Program-made: the position numbers and the translations under genes
Notes under the pieces: model-generated
Seen by the model: the letters and a program-made list of their open reading frames with translations, nothing else
What the model was told of the DNA's origin: nothing
The model's database searches: none
In this document: in pieces, positions 14,617 to 21,348 of the stretch
Layout: each line of letters starts with the position of its first letter
How positions within the stretch are numbered: position 1 is the stretch's first letter
Assembly: GCA_043827025.1 (NCBI GenBank)
Contig: JBDRPL010000004.1
Coordinates: forward strand, 1 to 21,348
Reading direction: 5' to 3'
Source: Candidatus Micrarchaeota archaeon
GTDB taxonomy: Archaea; Micrarchaeota; Micrarchaeia; Anstonellales; Bilamarchaeaceae
Length of the DNA: 21,348 nucleotides

Positions 14617-16614
14617 TTATTTTTCCCAGTAAATATCATTCGTATTTCCATCATCGCCCTCATCTGTGAGATCCAATTCCTTGATCGTCTTCAAGTCACT
14701 GAGGTCATTCACCATTATCCTGTTATTCGAGATGGTGTAGAGATTATTTCCAATGTAGAGTGACCTTCTTATTGAATTGCCGTCATCATAATAGTAGTAG
14801 CCTGACTTGTCGAACGCATCGCTATCACTCATGTGGCTTATTCTTCCCTTCAGCTTGAAGCCATTCTCCAGACTCAAATCGTATACATAAGCGCCTTGGA
14901 ATGTATAGTCGCCATATTGGCTTCCAGTATATTCATCTTGTGTTTTGTCCTTTATCTCTGCCAGAAGGACTGGAATCACAAGCAAATTCTTTTCCTTGTC
15001 GTAGAGGAAGGCCTTGTGGTCATTCAATGCTTCCGAGTCGGTTCCGCGATCTCCAATTATAACCTTGTACATCTCCTTTGGATCCTCGACATCTGTAACA
15101 TCGAAAACGGCCATCTTTATTCCCTGGTACCATGCAAAACTGCCGGCATCATCTGCCTCTACAGTATCCTTTCCTATTCCAATGATGTGATTCTCATCTA
15201 TGGGATGCAAATAGTCAGAGTAACCAGGTATCTTCAGCTTTCCAAGTATCTTTGGATTTTCAGCATCGCTTAAATCTATTACGAACAATGGGTCAACTTT
15301 CTTGAATGTGACCATATATGCTTTCTTTCCCATGAATCTTGTGGAATAAATACGTTCACCAGGTGCAATCCCCTCTATCTTCCCTTTCATCTTCAGATCG
15401 CTTCCAAAGATGTAAAGGTTGTTTGTAGAATCCCCGCCTCCGCGTGCAACATGGCCATTTGTTGTTGCTATTCTAAAGTTGCCATCATATTCATCCATTG
15501 AAAACTGGTTCAATATTGTTCCCGGAGCTCCCATGCTTCCCAGATATGAAACATTTCCGCTGTCAAGCGAGAATTTGTGCACAATCGTATTTTCTTTTGT
15601 CGTGACTTTTCTTGTTGTTGGAATAAGGCTTATTTCGAGTTCATAACCATAATCATATTTCATCTCTGCAATGTAGAGGTTCTTCTCTGATGCATAAATG
15701 TTTTCGCCAGATGCAACTATGACTTCAGTCTTTGGTTTCTCGTTTCCCTGCATTGAAACAGAACCTACAATAACAAACTGCTCTGCCTGGTCTGGCATTA
15801 TATATCCGACATTTCCGCATTCTGCCATTGGCCCGAAGCTATTGTTTCCTTCCCTGTATTGAGGAACAATCTGCTCTGGATTTTCCAATGGAACAGCGTA
15901 ATAATTTGGATACTCATTCAATATAAAATAGACCTCAGAGCCTATTTTTCTTGAAGACAGGTAATTACCTTCAAAATCAAATGTTTTGAGTTCTTTTGGT
16001 TTTTCTTTGTCTGAAATATCAAATATCTGGACAGTTGTTACGCTGTTACTACCATAGTAATAGTAGTCATCATAATACGATGGCTTCGCTTTTTCTTGGA
16101 CCCCACCTTTGTCTTGGTATATATATTTCTGCCCGAAAACAAGCAATCTATCTTCATCAATGAACATCTCTGAAGGTGCAACATCCTCCAAATTCACTGT
16201 TGAAATTATCTTCGCATCTTCACCAGGATAAGCTTCTGCTATGTGTAATTTATTATTGGATATAACATAGATATACTTCCCATCTGTTTTTACAAAATCA
16301 GCTTCATCAACACCTGCAACTTGTATGTTTGTCTGTGAGTATCCTACCGAACTACCTTCAGCAGCATCCATGGACTGGGCAGATTTTGATATGGTTGGTA
16401 GGTCCTCATAATAATAATAATTTCTATTAGACTGGCTATTCGCAAAAGCCTCGCTTATTGCACTGCAGCTTGCGAATCGCGGAAGCTCCTGGTTGGCAAG
16501 AACTGTTTTGTTGCCTTCATCCTTTCCAGGTATGCTTATGGTTGTACAGCCTGAGATTATCAGAATCAGAATAAATCCAAATACCAAAAACAAATTGCTT
16601 AGTTTCATGTTCAT
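14617..16614 (-). CDS. Secreted/lipid-anchored beta-propeller domain protein (COG4880-like)
   Basis: Signal peptide ending in ISGC, then YSQTNIQVAGVDEADFVKTDGKYIY, LNQFSMDEY, ERIYSTRF, VTFKKVDPLFVIDL and LKIPGYSDYLHP. Confidence 0.9.
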   Translation of the reverse strand: MNMKLSNLFLVFGFILILIISGCTTISIPGKDEGNKTVLANQELPRFASCSAISEAFANSQSNRNYYYYEDLPTISKSAQSMDAAEGSSVGYSQTNIQVAGVDEADFVKTDGKYIYVISNNKLHIAEAYPGEDAKIISTVNLEDVAPSEMFIDEDRLLVFGQKYIYQDKGGVQEKAKPSYYDDYYYYGSNSVTTVQIFDISDKEKPKELKTFDFEGNYLSSRKIGSEVYFILNEYPNYYAVPLENPEQIVPQYREGNNSFGPMAECGNVGYIMPDQAEQFVIVGSVSMQGNEKPKTEVIVASGENIYASEKNLYIAEMKYDYGYELEISLIPTTRKVTTKENTIVHKFSLDSGNVSYLGSMGAPGTILNQFSMDEYDGNFRIATTNGHVARGGGDSTNNLYIFGSDLKMKGKIEGIAPGERIYSTRFMGKKAYMVTFKKVDPLFVIDLSDAENPKILGKLKIPGYSDYLHPIDENHIIGIGKDTVEADDAGSFAWYQGIKMAVFDVTDVEDPKEMYKVIIGDRGTDSEALNDHKAFLYDKEKNLLVIPVLLAEIKDKTQDEYTGSQYGDYTFQGAYVYDLSLENGFKLKGRISHMSDSDAFDKSGYYYYDDGNSIRRSLYIGNNLYTISNNRIMVNDLSDLKTIKELDLTDEGDDGNTNDIYWEK

Positions 16615-16670
16615 CGTAATTACTTGGAACTCTAATATTTAAGTCAGATTCGGTTTTGTTAGGGGGTGGC

Positions 16671-17267
16671 CTAACTTGATAAAAATTGTTTTACCATTAG
16701 ATATTCCGGCCCGCCAGGCCCTAACCTGCTTTCCATAAGTTCGAACGAATTGACTGTAACCTCGCCAATCCTCACATTTCTGTTTTCGTTCAGGAATCTC
16801 GAAAGATCAACTTTCTTCTTGATTCGTGCAATTGTCAAATGACCTACAAATGATTGGAAAGATTTGATATCTTTCCAATATTTGACCGAAAGTGCTCTTC
16901 GGTCAAATGATTCGAAAGATTCGGATTCGATTCGCAACTTTCCTTTCAATCCAGTATCGATTGTTTCGGCAAGCTTTTCTAATTCCTTGCTCACGCAACC
17001 TATCCAAACAACCTTCACATATTTCTCGTTTGGAAACACTCCAATTCCTTCAATCGAGATTTTGAACTTTTCGAGTTTTATTTTTTCAAGTATGTTTTCG
17101 ATTTGCCCGATTGCTTCGTTATCTATTTCTCCAAGAAACTTCAATGTAATATGTAGGTTAGTGGCCTCAACCACTTTAACTCCATCAATATCTAACTCAG
17201 AAGCAATTCTGCCTATCTTTTCCTTTATCTCTTTAGGTAAATTCACTGCAATGAAGCATCTTGTCAT
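16671..17267 (-). CDS. thpR: RNA 2',3'-cyclic phosphodiesterase (2H family), with an insertion of about 19-25 aa
   Basis: RCFIAV, the two HxT motifs HITLKFLGE and HLTIAR, GVFPN and LMESRLGPGGPEY. Confidence 0.93.
   Translation of the reverse strand: MTRCFIAVNLPKEIKEKIGRIASELDIDGVKVVEATNLHITLKFLGEIDNEAIGQIENILEKIKLEKFKISIEGIGVFPNEKYVKVVWIGCVSKELEKLAETIDTGLKGKLRIESESFESFDRRALSVKYWKDIKSFQSFVGHLTIARIKKKVDLSRFLNENRNVRIGEVTVNSFELMESRLGPGGPEYLMVKQFLSS
16847..16934. repeat. In-frame palindromic insertion in thpR: direct-inverted-direct repeat forming two 11-bp hairpins
   Basis: CAAATGATT(G/C)GAAAGATT at 16847..16864 and 16904..16921, inverted copy at 16869..16884, hairpins at 16853..16879 and 16880..16908, and GATTCG x4 at 16909..16934. 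Confidence 0.85.
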
Positions 17268-17326
17268 GACTAAATTTCTTTCCTAAGTCTTAAAAATTGT
17301 TATTCTGAACATTTCTACTGAAGAAT

Positions 17327-19117
17327 ATGGCAAAGGATACGAAAAGCAGCAGAATTGCAGTAATTGACAGGGAATTATGCACAAAGGAGCGTTGCGGTTA
17401 CATTTGCACAAAAGTCTGCCCTGTGAACAGGATGGGGCAGGAGTGCATAGTCATTGATAAGGACACAAATTACCCTATCATCTCAGAACAGCTTTGCATA
17501 GGCTGCGGCATATGTCCCAAGAAATGCCCTATGAAATGCATTGCAATTATCAACCTTTCAAAAGAGCTTGAAAATCCCATTTACCAGTTTGGCATCAACT
17601 CATTTAGGTTGTATGGCCTTCCTCTTCCAAAAGAAGGCGCAGTTGCCCTTGTAGGAAAGAATGGAATCGGCAAAACAACAGCAATTCAATTATTAGCCAA
17701 TCACCTAAAGCCGAATTTCGCAATACTTGATCGAAAACTTTCTGAACAGGAAATTTTGGATTCGTTGCCAATGGAAACAAGAAGGTATTTCTCTGAACTG
17801 ACTTCTAACTTGAAAATAAGCCACAAGCCCCAGCACGTTGACAAAATAAGGAAAGTGTTCCAAGGAACTGTGAAGGAGCTCATCGAAAAGAATTGCGGAA
17901 AATCTGCGGTTAGTAAAGCGTTGGAAGTTTTTCACATAGAAAAAATACTGGACAGATGGATAGACCATCTGAGTGGTGGAGAATTGCAGAAGGTTGCAAT
18001 AGCAGTTGCCTATCTGAAGGATGCAGATATATATTACTATGATGAATTCACAAACTTCCTTGATATTGAAGAGAGGTTGAAAGTGGCAGTCATTCTCAAG
18101 GAGCTTTCAGAAAGAAAGAGCCTTATCATGGCAGAGCATGATCTTACTATTCTTGATTATGTCAGTAGCTATGTATTTCTCTTCTACGGAGAAGAAAATG
18201 TATATGGTATTGTTTCACAGATTAAGAATGTAAGGGCAGGCATAAATGAATATCTTGACGGATTCCTGAAGGAAGAAAACATCCGTTTCCGGGAGCATGA
18301 GCTGAAATTCAACCTCCATGGCGAATCAGAGATAAAAACTCCAACAAAATTCAAATATGACAAAATGTCCAAGAAATTCGAAGGTTTTGGGTTCTCAGGC
18401 GAAGCAGGTGAAATACGGGAAGGTGAGATTGTTGGGATGGTTGGCAAGAATGCTCTGGGCAAATCTTTGTTCATCAAGTTGCTTGCAGGCGCTGAGAAAG
18501 CTGAAGAGGGCGATGTGCATTTCATGAACAAGAAAGGTGTGGTTTCAGAATCAGTTAAAATCTCTTACAAACCCCAATATATCCATGCCGAGGATGTTGT
18601 TGTCAATGAACTTTTTGCCAGCCAGAAAATCGACATGATGATATTTGAGGAATGCAAACGAAGACTCAAAATAACTCCTTTGCTTGAAAAGAAACTGACA
18701 GAGCTTTCAGGCGGAGAATTGCAGAGAGTCGCACTTACCTTGGCGTTGAGCAGGGAAGCGGATGTCTATCTTTTTGATGAACCTACTGCTTTCCTTGACA
18801 TAGAGCAAAGGTTTGAGTTTGCTCATCTTCTAAGGAAAGTCATCAGCGAATCAGAGAAATGCGCATTTGTAGTTGACCATGATGTTGTTTTCATTGATGC
18901 AATTGCCAATAGGCTCATGGTGTTTTCAGGCGAAAGCTCTGTAAAAGGGAAATCAAGCCCGCCTCTGAACAAAGCTCAGGGAATGAACAAGTTCCTGAAG
19001 ATTGTTGGAATTACGATGAGAAGGGACAAGGACAGCAAAAGGCCAAGAATCAATAAACCGGACTCTGTTTTAGATCAGGAACAGAAGAGGGAAGACAGAT
19101 ACTATTATACTTCCTGA
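17327..19117 (+). CDS. rli: Ribosome recycling ATPase ABCE1/RLI1
   Basis: N-terminal Fe-S cysteines (CPVNR, CIGCGICPKKCP), two ABC domains (GKNGIGKT, LSGGELQ twice) and the RPRINKPDS hinge. Confidence 0.97.
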   Translation: MAKDTKSSRIAVIDRELCTKERCGYICTKVCPVNRMGQECIVIDKDTNYPIISEQLCIGCGICPKKCPMKCIAIINLSKELENPIYQFGINSFRLYGLPLPKEGAVALVGKNGIGKTTAIQLLANHLKPNFAILDRKLSEQEILDSLPMETRRYFSELTSNLKISHKPQHVDKIRKVFQGTVKELIEKNCGKSAVSKALEVFHIEKILDRWIDHLSGGELQKVAIAVAYLKDADIYYYDEFTNFLDIEERLKVAVILKELSERKSLIMAEHDLTILDYVSSYVFLFYGEENVYGIVSQIKNVRAGINEYLDGFLKEENIRFREHELKFNLHGESEIKTPTKFKYDKMSKKFEGFGFSGEAGEIREGEIVGMVGKNALGKSLFIKLLAGAEKAEEGDVHFMNKKGVVSESVKISYKPQYIHAEDVVVNELFASQKIDMMIFEECKRRLKITPLLEKKLTELSGGELQRVALTLALSREADVYLFDEPTAFLDIEQRFEFAHLLRKVISESEKCAFVVDHDVVFIDAIANRLMVFSGESSVKGKSSPPLNKAQGMNKFLKIVGITMRRDKDSKRPRINKPDSVLDQEQKREDRYYYTS

Positions 19118-19164
19118 CACATACCTCTCATTTTTTATCTTTTTTCCTTCATATAATAGTATCT

Positions 19165-19704
19165 ATGTCTGATCTTGACATTGAAACAAAACTGAAGCTT
19201 TATTCCCTTGTTGTCAGTAGATATAAGGATATTATTTCTGAGAAAGAGCAAAAATCAATAACTGAGATGAGAAGCAGGATTGAGCCCTATTCTGATTTTG
19301 TCAAGTCTCTTAGGCAGACCATTGCAGGTGGAATCGACTATGATACGGACTTTATGTCGGCAGTTCAGAAGTTCGCAGCCTATATCCGAAAGATAAAGAA
19401 CTTTGAATTTCTTTTCAATTTCTCCATGGATTTCAAGGAGATTGAAAAATTGTCAGCAGCTCCGATAATGGACAAGGCACTTCTTCTGGCATCTTTGCTT
19501 AGATCAATAGAAGCAAAGAACACTCGCATCTACGTTACTGATTCTGGAAGGATTTACGTTGGCTTTGACTATAATAATGAAAGGCACCTCATGGTTCCGG
19601 AGACAGGCTCGATCCTAGTGGGGGATGATGTTTCAAACCTTTTTGAGAAGGACCCATTGGAATATTCGTTCAACGACCAGGTTTATGAGAATTATGAGGA
19701 ATAG
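19165..19704 (+). CDS. Hypothetical protein, possibly a catalytically inactive transglutaminase-like fold
   Basis: 179-aa ORF preceded by a TATA-like sequence. APIMDKALLLASLLRSI resembles GDCxDKAxLLASLLR without the Cys. Confidence 0.6.
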   Translation: MSDLDIETKLKLYSLVVSRYKDIISEKEQKSITEMRSRIEPYSDFVKSLRQTIAGGIDYDTDFMSAVQKFAAYIRKIKNFEFLFNFSMDFKEIEKLSAAPIMDKALLLASLLRSIEAKNTRIYVTDSGRIYVGFDYNNERHLMVPETGSILVGDDVSNLFEKDPLEYSFNDQVYENYEE

Positions 19705-19748
19705 GGCTCCCCCAACTGTTTTAAATCAATTCTTCTCTTATTTATTTC

Positions 19749-20315
19749 ATGGACTCAACAGAATCAATTGCGAATTATCTTTTTGAAGTTGGCGAACTCA
19801 AGCGAATCAAGAGGAGCGGATGGTGGCTTGCTAAAGTCAAGGATCCTGAATCTGTAGCTGACCATTCCCATAGAACCTCTGTTTTGACATTCATTCTCGC
19901 AAAGATGGAGAAACTAGATCCATACAAGTTATGTGTAGCTGCTGTTTTCCATGATGTTGTTGAAACGAGATTGGCAGATCTGCATAAAGTTTCTGCAAGG
20001 TACATTGATGTCACTAAACAGATAGAAGAGAAGGTTATTTCAGAGCAGCTCGAGAGTTTGCCGTCCGAGATTTCTGCAGAGATGCGAAAAGTATACTCTC
20101 TCAGTTCAAGGGAAGCCGAATTATTGAAGGACGCTGATTATTTAGAATGTGCAATACAAGCCAAAGAATATCTTGAAATCGGCCACCAGAACTGTTCCAC
20201 TTGGCTGGCGAATATCGAAAAAAGGCTGAAAACAAGTTCTGCCAAAAAGATATTCGAAAAGATAAAGAAACAGAATTCGAATGACTGGTATGCCAAACTA
20301 AAAAAAATAGAATAG
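19749..20315 (+). CDS. HD-domain hydrolase (YfbR/HDDC2-like 5'-nucleotidase family)
   Basis: LKRIKRSGW, ESVADHS, FHDVVETRLAD and KDADYLE. Confidence 0.92.
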   Translation: MDSTESIANYLFEVGELKRIKRSGWWLAKVKDPESVADHSHRTSVLTFILAKMEKLDPYKLCVAAVFHDVVETRLADLHKVSARYIDVTKQIEEKVISEQLESLPSEISAEMRKVYSLSSREAELLKDADYLECAIQAKEYLEIGHQNCSTWLANIEKRLKTSSAKKIFEKIKKQNSNDWYAKLKKIE

Positions 20316-20325
20316 ATTGGATGAG

Positions 20326-20853
20326 TCAGTAAAAGCCAGCTACCAATCCTTTTAGGTCTATTGCATAGATTATTTCGACAACCGAACCCCTTATGACGAA
20401 TGCTACTGCAATCAAGACAGCTGCCATGATTATTCCAATTGCAACATTCCCTTTCTTGAGCTCTGCAATCTCATCAACATCCGTTGTCATCTGATCTATC
20501 AGTCTTATGCCTATGTAGACTGCGAACATTGCAACCATTACGGATATCCCCAGATTTGCAACACCTGCAAGTGTAAGGAATAGCATGGCCTTAGGGTCTA
20601 CGCCGAGTGATAATACGGACAGTAGATCAACCACACCCTGCTCAACTATGAGTGCAATGGAGATGATTATACCCGCAAGCAAGACTCCAACCGCAACATT
20701 TCCCTTCTTGATTTCTTTCCATTCATTAATGTCCCTTGTTAATTTATCCAAAATCGCGATTCCCATATAGACCGAGCCGATAGCCACTGTAAGTCCGACC
20801 AAAAGCTGGATAAACGCGATTATTATATTCAATGCGATTTGTTGTGCCGACAT
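20326..20853 (-). CDS. DUF350-type membrane protein with two internal repeats
   Basis: Four hydrophobic helices and a duplicated D-x-LT-x-x-I/V-x-E-x-x-E-I/L-KKGNVAVG motif. GGTG RBS. Confidence 0.85.
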   Translation of the reverse strand: MSAQQIALNIIIAFIQLLVGLTVAIGSVYMGIAILDKLTRDINEWKEIKKGNVAVGVLLAGIIISIALIVEQGVVDLLSVLSLGVDPKAMLFLTLAGVANLGISVMVAMFAVYIGIRLIDQMTTDVDEIAELKKGNVAIGIIMAAVLIAVAFVIRGSVVEIIYAIDLKGLVAGFY

Positions 20854-20917
20854 ATTAATTACACCAGACAGATAATGAAGAGGAGATTTATAAGTTTAAT
20901 CCATTAGGTATTCCTTC

Positions 20918-21348
20918 ATGGGAATAGAAAATCTGTTGGACAAGTGCAAGGAAGCAAGAGACTACGCATTTTCCATGTCCAACCCCCTCATTGTCCATCA
21001 TTATGATTGCGATGGTATTACTTCGGGCTCCATAGTTGCAGATGCCTTCAGGTCAAAGTCAAAGAAATACAGACAGAAATGGATAAAGAAGCTGGACGAT
21101 TCTGTTATTGAATACTTGAAGTCAGCCAAAGAGAAGGAAGTCATTTTCGTGGATTTGGGCGGAGGCAACAAACGGGTTAATGAGCTGGACGATGTCCTAG
21201 TCATCGACCATCACCAGACCGAAGGCATAGATAAACTTCAAATCAACCCTCTTTTATTTGGAGTAGATGGCGGAGAAGAGCTGAGTGCAGCAGGCACTAC
21301 ATCTCTTGTATTTGACCATCGAGAAGATCTTGGCATAGTTGGCGCAGT
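20918..21348 (+). CDS. DHH family phosphoesterase (RecJ/GAN-like), truncated by the window end
   Basis: The frame from ATG 20918 reads MGIENLLDK...IVHHYDCDGITSG...IFVDLGGG...VIDHHQ...INPLLFGVDGGEELSAAG and is open to the end. Confidence 0.9.
   Translation, partial: MGIENLLDKCKEARDYAFSMSNPLIVHHYDCDGITSGSIVADAFRSKSKKYRQKWIKKLDDSVIEYLKSAKEKEVIFVDLGGGNKRVNELDDVLVIDHHQTEGIDKLQINPLLFGVDGGEELSAAGTTSLVFDHREDLGIVGA

Noticed and set aside
1..21348. CRISPR array, transposase, integrase or provirus
   Set aside because: No regularly spaced repeats, no recombinase or capsid motifs, and no duplicate of the tRNA 3' end (att site) in the window.

Overview
Archaeal chromosomal window, most likely from a DPANN lineage such as Micrarchaeota. 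The taxonomy is inferred from GGTGA ribosome-binding sites, TTTAAA/TTTATA TATA boxes, a C1-G72 tRNA-Tyr with bulge-helix-bulge introns, P1/P0 stalk genes, ABCE1 and the AMP phosphorylase/R15P isomerase pair. In order it holds: a tRNA-Tyr(GTA) split by two introns (37/38 and a non-canonical 59/60 T-loop intron); a 1031-aa beta-helix/Ig-repeat surface protein; an SLT lytic-transglycosylase-like protein; an AblB/YodP-like GNAT coupled to an ArgE/M20 hydrolase, downstream of an unannotated 58-aa ORF and a set of Lrp-type palindromes; IMPase; a LysM-like Lrp regulator; AMP phosphorylase and R15P isomerase; two unannotated paralogous Lys-rich micro-ORFs, one ending GGCCSCC and broken at an A9 run; rps10-rpl41e-rpl1-rpl10-rpl12 with a likely uL1 autoregulatory leader; a transglutaminase-like gene with in-frame TAG and TGA; a beta-propeller lipoprotein; ThpR with a palindromic in-frame insertion; ABCE1; a degenerate transglutaminase-like protein; an HD hydrolase; a DUF350 protein; and a partial DHH/RecJ gene. 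All family calls come from motif recognition by eye, with no database searches. The best novelty candidates are the Lys-rich micro-protein pair, the putative LysM-controlled peptide/GNAT/M20 module, the SLT-like protein and recurrent twin-hairpin micro-insertions.
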